Of a stretch of 64,000 nt of DNA, positions 1 through 11,784 are shown one piece after another; positions within the stretch are counted from its first letter, which is position 1, and each line of letters opens with the position of its first letter. The stretch is taken from positions 10,168,001-10,232,000 of the forward strand of contig CM120641.1 in the NCBI GenBank assembly GCA_051362555.1, read 5' to 3'. Origin of the DNA: Lingula anatina. Its lineage: Eukaryota > Animalia > Brachiopoda. A program made the position numbers and the translations under genes. Under the pieces are notes generated by a model. It saw only the letters and a program-made list of their open reading frames with translations, was not told where the DNA came from and ran no database searches.

Positions 1-872
1 AATACAAATACATTTGAAGTCCTACTGTGTCTGTCTGATTAAGTATGGTGCTACATGTATCTATGCCATCTATGATAAAAAAAATTGTCCATTACAACCC
101 CGGTGTGCAATCACTAGGGCTTTTAACTTTATATATATGGCAGTGGTTGTTACAACAGTGGTTTGCTTTTTAATCATAACTACTACATGGTCTTCTGTGA
201 AATATTATAAGGTTAATGTGTCACAAATGGGCAGGGAATATAACTCCAGACATCACAGTAAGAGACGTGATATGTTATCTTCATGTTAACTGATGAAATA
301 TTGTCAATTGCACAGTCACAGTAGCACTCCTTCAACTGATTACCAAATACACTGGTCATGTTCTGATCACCTACCGGGTATTTATCATGCACTGCACCAT
401 TATCACGGATCACTCTTAACGCACACCATTTATTATTAAAAATTATCAGGCAAAGTTTCTCATTTATTAATACTATGCAAATAATTTTGAATATCCTGGC
501 TTTTGCACTACTACCGGCCGGGGCACATGTATTTGTGATAAGTATCTATTTGTATTACAATCATCCTGATACCAATACTAGTAATTTTATAACCCCATGC
601 AGCTAATATAAATGTAGATCTATGCTAATTTTAATTGGAGAACACTGAACAATGAAACATTTGTCTGCTTCAAAAAATGAAAGGACACATTAAAGACTAC
701 GTGTCTGAATTATTTATTAACATTAAAAAAAGGGTGACAAATGACAACGAGAGAAATTCGCTGTAGACTAGTATTATCACCTAAGTCAACCTATCATTCT
801 TCTCAATGATGATTTAACAGCAGGTCAGATAGCATTTTTGATACTTCAATCATCGCTTTTATATGTACTCAC

Positions 873-1014
873 CTACTGAACTGGTACGGCTATGGTTCTC
901 TTGCATAAGTTGCGAAGAGGTCATGGTTCCCCCTAGGCTTAGTACTAGTACAGCCAGCATGTACGAGTGCATTTGAACAAGAGTAGAAAATGATAATAAT
1001 CCCTCGATTTTCAT
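873..1014 (-). CDS. First coding exon of an unidentified secreted or membrane protein (signal-peptide exon); the gene continues leftwards
   Basis: ATG at 1014 opens MKIEGLLSFSTLVQMHSYMLAVLVLSLGGTMTSSQLMQENHSRTSSV, with a hydrophobic core MLAVLVLSLGG. It ends at a strong phase-1 donor, G|gtgagt (867-872). The product is not recognised. Confidence 0.55.
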
Positions 1015-1854
1015 CTTCAGTTTACATCCTTGTAAATTACTCTGTTAACATTTTCTCTTGCTATATCTCTATTCAAATTGTCAAGACACAGTTACCTTCC
1101 ACAGCATTCTGCTTTCACGCATTCAAGCACCACTACTGCAGCCCGTTTTAAGACTTCAGAAGCTGAAGAGTTACATCAAAACAAAAGTGACTGTTTCACT
1201 CTTCAAACACGAAAGCGCCGAGGATTTGACGACAGGTGTTTGTTTTGCTACGTTACGCTACGTTTTGCTACGCGTTTCTCTGAAATTCTTTTAGAACCAA
1301 ATGGCAGCTGTGCTCTTCTAATAAACTCCAAACGACAAGGAGTTCTTCATGCAGGCACTGCAATATGTTGTTTTTTTAATGGCTGAGACTTCAAGTGTTA
1401 GCATTATGAATTGAATACATGCCTCACAGTGGATGTCATTTGCTGCACACCCAAGTTTGAGTGAGGTAATACTGAGAAAAAATATAACAATAAACATAAC
1501 AGACGTTGTCATTACATATTGGTATATTACACTAATCATCATACATGTAACATATTTGGCAAGAGTGATATCTTTCAAATTGCATTGAGGTAAACTGTTT
1601 TAGCACTATTGTAAGAAGTCTTTTTCTTAGCTTCTGTATTGCTTACTACACTGTATAAATGCCAGTCATTATGCAGTCTTTATGAAATATTTGACATATT
1701 GCACTAAATCGTTTTTTGTTGAGAGAAATGATGTACATGTAGGTCAATAAACTGATGATAGTTAAAGTAATAGAGATTTTGATATGTATTTTTGTTTATC
1801 AATTGAAGAATCTTGATTCCCATAGTCTGGTTCTACATTTGCTGCAAATTATTT

Positions 1855-4800
1855 TCAGAAGCCTTCACCCCTAGAAATAAAAATGAAAAATATTAATTAT
1901 AATAATTATTGATATTAATGAATAAATAGATTCTGGAGCAAGAAAAGGAAAGTCAAAATAGTGTATATCAAGCTAACATTTTAACATTTAAAGACAACCA
2001 ACCCTATTATTACAGTTGAATAATATATGTATTTATAACAATAAATAAAACAGAATGGAAACTTACAAAGTTACATTAGACCTCCTCCGTGCACTTAATC
2101 TCAATTTTCTCTTCTTGCGATCTTCATTTGAAGTTTCAAACACCATTTCTTGGTATATGGGTGTCACCTATATTGGTAAGACCAATAAAATGGTACAAAA
2201 CTATTATCTTCTCTAATTCCAATGAAATGTGTGACTTATTCACATTAATATTCTAAAAAATGCTTTCTTTCAGGTAACATGAACACCAGTCATTCTGTTC
2301 AACCATGGAATATTACAATATGAAGCAGCTAAGTTGGTTAACTAAAAGATCTGATATCAATACATTAACTGTAACATGGGAATAACATGCAAAATTGTTT
2401 TACAGTACGTGAAACAATCCTTAAATTACTAAAGGTTGATGAGGTATTGCAATGGAGGTCTCTACTCTAACCTTGTATCCATGAAATTTGTCCACAACCA
2501 GCTGTATTTGTACATTGGCCATGGTCTCTTTGAGTATTTCCTTGGCCGGGTCTGGATGTTCTGCTTCCTCCTCAAGTTCTTGAATCCTTCGCTTACGCTC
2601 CTCAGCACATTCTTTGTCAACAAACTTGATGGCAGCTCTGAAATGAAATTAATCTTGTGATTTTCATTTTGATTAATTATTAATACAATAAAAGAAGAGA
2701 AAAAGATTCAATAGCTGTAACAATCATTAAATTTCCTGAACACACAATAAACATAAGTTCATGTTACCTTCTGCTAAGCTGTTCCAGAAACAGTCTCTTT
2801 CTGACCTCAGATAAATCCACAGAAATGTATTCAGCCTCTGTGACTTGTTGCTAAAAAAATTGAATACAAAATAAATAAACAAATAAGTACTGTAACATAA
2901 TGTAGGTGGGCATATTTTATAATGAACATCAATTATTTTTTAATTATTTTTCTATTTTCTTCATGCAAATAATATTTCTCATGCTAAAGAGTGCTTAACT
3001 GGTAAACTTACCAATACCAATGCAAAATGTCTGTTCATTTCTGACTGCAGTTCATCCCAAGCCTTCATGCATTTCTGTGTAAGGGATTCCTTTGCCAGAA
3101 CTTTAAATTCATTAGCCCGGCGAAACTGTTCTACTCTTGTCTGAAGTAATAGTAATTTTACATTAAAATTTTTTAACAAATTCTGTTTGTGTTTTCTTAT
3201 CATTTCACATACAACAAATACTGTAGTTGCTGTTCCTGGTGCAATATAATAAAAATGAATAATTTCATAAATGCAATAGTTTTTAAATTTACATTATAAT
3301 CAGGCAACTTACATTTTTCTTTATCATAAATCTTACCAGAACATCAAACTGAATCCTGTATAACCCGTTCTTCATTTCTCGCAAAGCCCTGTCCTTCATC
3401 TCCTCAGCATAGTGTATCAACTCTCCATCCAGGTCCTCCTCATCCTCCTATATAATAAAGAACTTCACTTGTAACAGATAGCTCATAACCACTGGTGTCA
3501 TCCTCATCACAATATTTTACCAGCACAATATATTTTCTTTTATTCAATTGGCTCAAACATTCTTTTGTTTAAGAGAACCAAGGAGTTATATACAGTGCAT
3601 ATATATATAAATACTAGTATATATATATATAGAGAGAGAGGGCTGAAATAAAGTGGTTCTCCTTAATGCATTTTGCTATCCAGGTTGATATTAAGTTGGC
3701 AAAAAAGAAATGAAATCTAATGCATTGCCCCTTTCACATCCTGTAACACACCATTCTAATTTCAGTATTTATCAAATATGCGAGTGTGAAGGTAAAGTGT
3801 ACATGTACCTCCATCAATTCCATGGCATCTAACAGGTCTTCTTGCATAATATGCTTCCTCTGGTTGGTGACAGATATGTACTTCAGTAGGTTCTCTGTGC
3901 TTGGGGACTAATAGATAAACATACTCATTTATCAAATAACTCCATAAAACAATAAGTAACAATATAATGAAGAGCAATTAGGAAAATTAAATGACCTCAA
4001 ATCATCATGGTGATTTTATTTTAAAAATATGGTATGTTAAGGAATCTAAATAGAGATATTTTGTGGAAACATGAAAATAGAATAAAAATGCTTTTCATTC
4101 AATAGACATGAACTTAGATGGTTCACTGGCCAAAATTTCCCTTTACCTGCTCTAGATCATAACCCCCGCTTAAATTTTCCATTATTTTTATTTGCCGCTG
4201 TCTTTCCTCTTCCATCTCACGATCTAAATCTCTCTTGTGGATCTTTTGGATGAGAATACCCTGCATGTGGTCTTTCACCACCTGGGCATTCTTAAATGTT
4301 GTTCTTTTTCTCTTCAGGGTATTTGACTGGAATTAATATAAATCCATATAAAAACTGCTGATGCTCTTTCAACCCCACTAGGGTTATTCATATTATATCT
4401 TATTCCTGCAAAGCTCAGTTATATACTTAATTCTCAAAACAATAGTTGTGAGCTTTTTCTGAATTCATTTTTGTCATTTATATATTTAGCGGCTTCAACT
4501 GCTAATAGCAATCCTTGTTCTTCACTAATTACTCCAGTCACAGACAGAAGGACAATAAAAATTTAACAGCTTATGGAAAAGCTTCTCAGAAAGACCAATA
4601 TGAAATATTTGCTTAAGTTGAAAAAATGAAAAAGCATTTACTACTGTACACACTACTTAAAAATAAAAGAGGTTTCCAAATTTAGCTACATACGTATTTT
4701 TATGTTTCATGGAGCATGTGTCTATTGCTTCAACACTGCACTTACAGTACTCCACTTTTTTTAGTTCCACAAAACATTCCAAGTGACCAATGAAAAATAT

Positions 4801-6001
4801 CCAAAATCTCTCAGAGAATAAGATTTCACAAAATTTGAAGTGTAATTCAATACAATAATTAGAACCATACCTTGGCTGAGTCAATGGCATCAAAGAATTC
4901 TTGGTTAATGTAAAAGAAGGAATTCTGACATAATCTGTATGTTTGTTCTTCCTCATAAATTCTACGCTGCTGTTCCTTTTCTATTTCCCTAAAATGGTGC
5001 GATGGAACAATAATAGATGTTTTTTCACATTTAGAAAATAAGATAAAATTAAATGATTGGGGAAGAAACTCAGAGTTAGATCATTTTATGTAGACAAAAG
5101 GACCATAATTTTAAACAGGAAGAAAAATTAACTTTACCTTGCACTTCTTAAAGATGTGAATCAAAATATGCCTCTTGATATTTTAATGAGAAAATTATGA
5201 CCACAAAAGCTTCTCATCGAATTTGACTTTCAGAATTGTAGTAGGTGTATCTACAAACTTATCAGTGGGTGTATATGGTATGTATTGAAAAAATACTAAC
5301 AAAATCTTAACTGAATTATACCTTATAACTTACCTCTGGATAGCCATTGCAGTTGCCTTAATGTTTGTCTTGCTAAGGTCATTTCCTATTGGAACATCCC
5401 AATGTTTTCCTTTGTAGTAATGGGAAGGAACATCATCAATTTTGGCATGGCAGTGATCATCCAACTATATAAAACAAAACAATCGAATCCTGATACTTAC
5501 TGGTACATTGTTAATGTCTAACATATCTTAGCATAATGAAGTACTAGTATTATAATAATTTGGCCTCTTTTGCTCTACAGATTATTCACTATGCAATTCT
5601 TAAGTGTTAAGTCAGTTACGCCCCTCTTCCTCTCCCATCACCTACAGTTTTGAAAAACCCAAACAGATAAACTTTAGCTCACAACTTGGGGGTAAAAAAT
5701 AATACTAAATATTTACAAAGTTGAAAAAAATACTTCATTGCTTCTTCTTTCAAAAATTGGCAACAATATGATATAATACCTGATAATGTCCATAATGTCT
5801 TTTGATGCCCTTCTTAGATTTCTTCAAGGCAATGTACTGGATCAGGTCAAGCCTTATATCTCCAAACAAATACTGCTTTACTTGAACTTCCTCTAAATCT
5901 GAGTCGGTGTCAGAATTACTGGTGTAACCTGATGTGAAACTGTAGCTGGGGCTGGCACTGCCAAACAGGTAACCATTCGATGATGAGGATGATGTGGACA
6001 T
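1855..6001 (-). CDS. Uncharacterised ~451-aa charged, coiled-coil-rich protein with 11 coding exons
   Basis: Exons 5780-6001, 5334-5464, 4871-4988, 4147-4326, 3809-3907, 3337-3447, 3012-3140, 2768-2850, 2472-2637, 2067-2167 and 1855-1870 are all GT-AG flanked and phase-compatible, giving one open frame of 1356 nt (MSTSSSSSNG...YYKGKHWDVPIG...EMEEERQRQI...SNVTLGEGF*). A non-coding first exon ends at the donor at 6504. Confidence 0.8.
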
Positions 6002-6423
6002 ATTGAATATCTGCTGTGTTTATCTGGAACTACAGTAAATATTCACTAAATGGATATGGAGTTGTTATAAAACATGAATTGTTGATGTCGCAAATGAAGG
6101 TCCAAGTTATTTTCACATGTCAGAATTATACCAACAGCATTTTACTTTCTTTCTCATAAAATGGCAGAAATAAATCAATGTCAACGATAAAGCTCAACAA
6201 TTTTCAAATAATATTTCTTTTCATTGCACATGTACATCTTGAATACTTTCCAGAAATCTGACTGTTTTTGTTTTTTTCCAAGTCAACCCAATGATGATTT
6301 TAATCTTATGATCATTTACATAGTTACAAACAAAAAGGCAGGCAGTAAAATATTCTCAAATAATTAGATGTACAGTGCATTGTATCAACCGCACAATACC
6401 TTATTTATTAGCTTATTTACAAC

Positions 6424-6427
6424 CACA

Positions 6428-6459
<32 letters not shown>

Positions 6460-6460
6460 C
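6424..6460. repeat. (GCAC)n(AC)n compound microsatellite
   Basis: cacacgcacgcacgcacgcacgcacacacacacacac read directly. Confidence 0.9.
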
Positions 6461-6560
6461 ATATATCAGATCATAAATAATTTAAGAAAATAACATGACT
6501 TACCTCACAAATGATTATTATCAGTCGTATTTTGAGCTTCAATCAACAATCCGCTGCCAT

Positions 6561-6837
6561 CCTTGATGCTGCCAGCCACGTGTGTTTGTTTACAAGTGAC
6601 GTCACAGTTGGCTACAAAAATGGAACACAAGATAATACATATTTGACTTTTCTTTTCTATATAGTTATACTACTTATGTAGCAAACTATTAATTAGCCTA
6701 ATAATAAGAATAACAAAGATGAAATGAAAAATGAGCAACAATCGCAATCCTCTGAAAGTGTTCTCTAAAATAGTAATTGGATGGGGAACGTGTTGATTCT
6801 TAAAAGAGGCCACCTAGTGTTCAGAAATAAAAGCAAA
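6561..6837. promoter_or_regulatory. Putative bidirectional promoter shared by SRP19 and the uncharacterised gene
   Basis: About 280 bp between divergent 5' ends. Contains an E-box CACGTG (6577-6582), a forkhead-type TGTTTAC (6587-6593) and a full CRE TGACGTCA (6597-6604). Confidence 0.6.
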
Positions 6838-9095
6838 ATGGCCAGACCGTGGAATCCAGATTTTCAACACACAGATCGAGAACGGTATATACAACGTTAC
6901 TGTTAAAAATTATTACAATATTTAAACTATGAAAGCTTTGTACATATTTCATGCATTATCTTTACTAGTTTTATTCAGACAATATTTTCAGGTATTGAAG
7001 TTATTTGGGTAAATATGGTGCCGACGTGTAACTGTAATTGCTTTCCCCCGGATATTATCGGGCATTTCGTTCTTTATACCCCAAAACTGCTCAGTCTTTG
7101 ATCAATGTCTCTACAAAATATTAGTTTGGCAATTGTTTAGTAACGATTTTAAGATGATTTTACAAAAAATATCCAATACATTTAAATATAAGGAGAGAGA
7201 CGTATAAGTAGATAGCCATATTAGTTAATTTGAATAGCAGAGAATGCCAGACCTTGATCTAATTTACCACATAAATGCGTTTAGATAAGCACTGAAAATC
7301 AAAGACTCTTTTTAAGATCTTCTGTGGTACTCATCTAAGATTGGTTGCCTTGGGAATCTGTCTTTGTTATATTTTTTGTCGTGGCATACCGGTACTTTGC
7401 AGAGTTTTATGGATTTTAAGTCATGTTGTTTCAAGTTCCTTTAAAACACATGCACATGTTACATCCTTCCTCACAGTCTCAAACCATAGTTCTATTGAAT
7501 GATTTTAGACTTGATGAATCAATACTCTCATTTCAGTTGGATATGTGTGTACCCTGCCTATATCAACAGTCGTAAAAGTGTGTTAGAAGGAAGGAAAATT
7601 CCAAAGGATAAAGTAAGTCTTTTCCCCAATACTTAAAGAGAAACATTTAAGTATAAATATGTCAAAACCATTTTGCATTGCCCCTGGAAAAATTATGAAA
7701 AAAATAGGAATAGATCACACCAATAAAAACATCAGAGATAGCTTAAAACGAGGCTTTCAGCTCTGTATGACACCTTATGAGACTGAAAAATGTGTCAGAA
7801 TCCATGTGAGTTATGGGTTAACTTTTCAGTGACAGGTTGAAACACTGGGCATGTTATCTTTGAAAGCAATACAGAAGAGACATTCAAAGTGAATTCAAAG
7901 TTCTTAGTGAATTTGATCCGTTGTACAAAAGACTGACTGTAATGCAACAGCTCTTAGGAAAAAATGAACAGAAAATATCTGTGGATAACTTCTGTCAGCT
8001 TTTATTTGTTATAGCACTGCGGTTGCTAGACAGTCTGCCTTTACTTCCAACCATCCTCCAAATCTTGACCATCCCCTTTAAGTTTCAAAAGTTTTAGGTG
8101 TCTTTGATGATTCCCACCAGACTGCCAATACGATATTCTAAAAGCTTTAAGAATTCTACATTTTTTCATTTTAATTGCAGACTTGATTTATAATATGTGT
8201 TTTTCAGTGCAACACTGTTTTCCTATTCACTCCTCTCATTAGTTCTGTTTCATTTCTTTTTTTAGGCTGTGGATAACCCAACATATTCTGAAATCCGTGA
8301 TATATGTGCATCTGCAGGAATGACAGTAGGAGTAGAGGTAGGAGTGCTTCACGATCACAACTACATCTATCTTAGTTATACACAAAGTTAGCCAATAATT
8401 ACATTTCATAAAACCTAGAATGCATCAGAAATGGCCTACTCTCAGCAAGTTTATTTTAACAGTATTGTGAAACACTTTTGCAAATTTATTAGTAGAAAAG
8501 AAAAGTCAATGAAAATTGAGTTTGTTTGTAATATTTATAATATGTTGTACTTATATTTCAAGAATAAAGTATATCCCCGAGAAAGGGATCCTAGGGATAT
8601 GAGATTCAGAGGAAGAATCAGAATACAATTGAAAAAAGAAGATGGTACTCCAATGTTAGATAAATTTCCAACTAGTAAGTATTCAAAATTTGTCTGGTAG
8701 TCTGGTAGAAAAGTATCATTCAATGATGTTAGACAGCATATTTAAGGGTTGAGGAAATCATTTGAACATCATTTGCATTAAAATAATGACCATTGAAATT
8801 TATTTTCTGACAAATATTTGGATTTTCATTTAAGTCTAAAATAAAAATTTAGCATATTAATAATTTTTGCAGGTCAAGGGCAAAACCTTTTTTTTTTTTT
8901 AACAGATAACATATCATTAAAACAATAACTTTTATTCTTTTAGGAAAATCGGTTTTCTTGTATCTTGGAGAAATGATTCCAAAATTAAAAGGACGTGCAC
9001 AAAGTCATGGTAATAAAGAACAGCAGACCAGTCAACAACAAGGAAACACTGGCGCACAGAAAGGAAAGAAGGGAAAAGGAAAAGGCAAGAGATAA
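6838..9095 (+). CDS. SRP19: Signal recognition particle 19 kDa protein, 5 coding exons
   Basis: Exons 6838-6884, 7537-7612, 8266-8337, 8563-8674 and 8944-9095 give MARPWNPDFQHTDRERWICVYPAYINSRKSVLEGRKIPKDKAVDNPTYSEIRDICASAGMTVGVENKVYPRERDPRDMRFRGRIRIQLKKEDGTPMLDKFPTRKSVFLYLGEMIPKLKGR...KGKKGKGKGKR*. This has the SRP19 hallmark motifs YPAYIN, EGRKIP, YPRE, RGRIRIQLK and a Lys-rich tail. Confidence 0.97.
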
Positions 9096-10747
9096 CATTC
9101 TGCTCAGTAATAGAGGAAGAACTTTTTCAGGAGAGATGCATGTCAGAAACAGACTTGACATAACCACTTTCTCTCGATTCACTTTGGGATCTTACGTTTT
9201 GTATTTAGAACACAGTGCCACCTCTAACGAAAAGATATCTGTGAATGAACCCAGTGTTAAGAGAGGACAATAAAACAAACTTTAACAAAAGAGTAGACCT
9301 TTCTTTAATGCTCCAAGCAACATGTGAATTATATCTGCAAATTATGTCTGCAAATAAGTGGCAGTCTTTCATGTGCAAATAATAACCAAAACAAATGGGC
9401 CGTTTGGTAAAAACAAGGACACCAGATTTAAGTTTGCCTTCTTGTTTTTTATTATTGAATACTAAACATGAACACAGAAAGGCGGACATCACAATTGCCA
9501 CTGAAAACTGAAGTATGTCTTAGCACTTTTCAGTGCTCGTACTTATTTATATACACACACACACATGGTAATAGATCTTACAAAAATAATAAATAAATAA
9601 TTGTTTTACAATATGTGCAGTTCCGTTTTTATCGATGTGTTTGCTATGCTCTGTCCTGCAGCTACACAAGTTTAATCAACTCGTTAACAAAAGAAATACA
9701 AATATAACAGTTGTGTGAATTCAAAGGGGGGAAAAAGCAGGAATTAAATATACATTGCATGGCATCATTCTTTTGTGTATTTTTAATATTTCCACAATAT
9801 TACAGCTACCTATTGGTTTCTAATTAATTGGTCATAATTACACTCACAAATGAGGGTTGCTAAGCTGGTATTTTCTGGTGGTACTTTATTTTTGTAAAAT
9901 TACTTTAAAATCATCTGAAAACATGATGGAAGCACTTCTTTCATTTTCATGTAAACAAGAACTTCTTTAAATATCTCTGGATACATTTACTAGAATAGGA
10001 AGAACAACAAAGATGCCATCACTGAATTTTTTACAAGAGAAAGGCAAAAAACTTATCAGATTATAAAATAATATCATTCAATCCTGAAGCCCTCTCAAAA
10101 TTGATTTCTGGTAAATCACTAGTTGCTGGTTCACAAATAATCTAAATGGAACCATTTAAGTCCACTGTATGTTAGACCCAGAGCATTCACAGCATTGCAC
10201 GTCCCTCACTTTGGTACATCTATAGGCTACAAATCAAGTTCACAGAGTATTGTTTTCAAAATTACATTACATTAATTGTCAACACAAAAATTGTGACCAT
10301 GTAAATACGTATTTCTTTACTGCAATATCCATAGACATTACCTAAACATTTCTTTTAAAACTGTAGTTGACTTTCTGTAGAAATCAAGTTGTCAACAATT
10401 TTCATTATCCAATCATAATTTTCATGCAAATATCTCACAATTTGAATAACTGTACATGATCAGATGCTGAACACATTATCAAGGCACAATATTCTTTATC
10501 TGCACAGAATACATTTTGGAGCAGTAGAGAACATACCAAATATTTGACTACATCTTTCAACTGAATTACAGAAACATACCAAACATCATTTAACATGCAC
10601 AACTGACCAGTCAGCTGTTATAAGATCAGAATTATACATAAGCTAAGTAGGCCACCAATAAAGACACTAAATTCATCAGTTTCAGGCAAAAGCAAGAACT
10701 TGATATCATTGTGACCTTTTTCTCACTTATTTAATGTCCCTTTTTTT

Positions 10748-11784
10748 TCACACAGTTGTGACCTTACACCCCCCTCTGTTGTCTTCCTCGCCGCTGGAAG
10801 ACTTGACTGTACCATTTAAATTCCTTCTTCTGGCTAATAACATCTCAGTCTTTGTCATGTGTCGAGTAATGCTCGGTGAGTTTGAGCTACTTTGGGATTG
10901 GTTAATTCCATTTTTGACAACCACCTCTGAGGTCTTTACATCTGATGTAATTGTGTTGGAAGAACTGACATCAGTTTTTTGTCCTTTGGGCTTGTAATTA
11001 AAAGGCGGTACTATGGCAGATTGCACGCCTGGGTTGGCCTGCTTGCTTGGGCTAAGTGGAGTGACCATTCTTGATGGACTTTGTGGACAAGAAGACGTTT
11101 GGGTTGCCTCTCGCTGAGAGATTTCACTCTTAACTTTGTCCAGTTTTGGTCCAGTTTGTTGGTGGGTGTTACCAGTGGAAGAGGTGGTCTGGCTGAGACT
11201 GGTAGTGCTACTAGAACCAGACGATGCATTGGTCAAACTGTTACTAGAAGACTTCTGGCTGAGACTAGTGCTGCTGGATGAGTTTTTATTTAATCCCTCA
11301 CTTGATGGGGAACTTTTTGAGGCCAGCTTCAAGGACTGTGTGCTCTTCAATGACTGCGTACTTCCTGTCAACTTGGAGCTTACAGCTGTGGTTTGCTTTT
11401 TATTTGTAGTAGTTGTTTCACTTGTCTTTTGTACATCTTGGCTGTCACTTTTGATAACATCGTCTCTCATAATCCAAATGTCATCTGCAGCAGCTTCAGT
11501 TGTGTTGTCATTGCTGGTTGCAGTTTGAACTGGTTTTGGTGCAGCTGCTGCAGAACTTTCCTCTGACCTTACTGGTTCCCTTCTCCAGCCTCCACCAGAA
11601 GGTTTGGGGTTCGCAGGAGCTTGTGGCTCCACCTTTTGTTCAGAAGAAGCAATGTCTGACAGTTTATCATAGGTTGAACTCTTGCTAAGACCCTCTCTGG
11701 GACTGCTGTTCTGACTTCCACTAGGAGAGTTCTTCCTGCCAGTTGGTGGTTTGCCTGATGGCTTCTGTCCACTACCACTTTTAC
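10748..11784 (-). CDS. APC: APC terminal coding exon with PDZ-binding C-terminus
   Basis: Ser/Thr-rich, VPPFNYKP motif, ends CKVTTV* (class I PDZ ligand; vertebrate APC ends VTSV). Confidence 0.93.

Noticed and set aside
1244-1276. Short gctacg(tt) repeats
   Set aside because: Only 3-4 degenerate units with no spacers; not a CRISPR array or a definable element.
5138-5250. Exon-like segment with tag| and AAG|gtaaag boundaries in the uncharacterised gene
   Set aside because: It has stops in all three frames, and the flanking exons join in frame without it. At most an unproven poison exon.
1-6001. REEP5 as the gene beyond SRP19, by analogy with the human locus
   Set aside because: The neighbouring protein is hydrophilic and has no TB2/DP1 hydrophobic hairpin motifs.
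8995-9273. 92-aa plus-strand ORF overlapping the last SRP19 exon
   Set aside because: Wrong frame relative to SRP19, non-ATG start, and it runs into the UTR.
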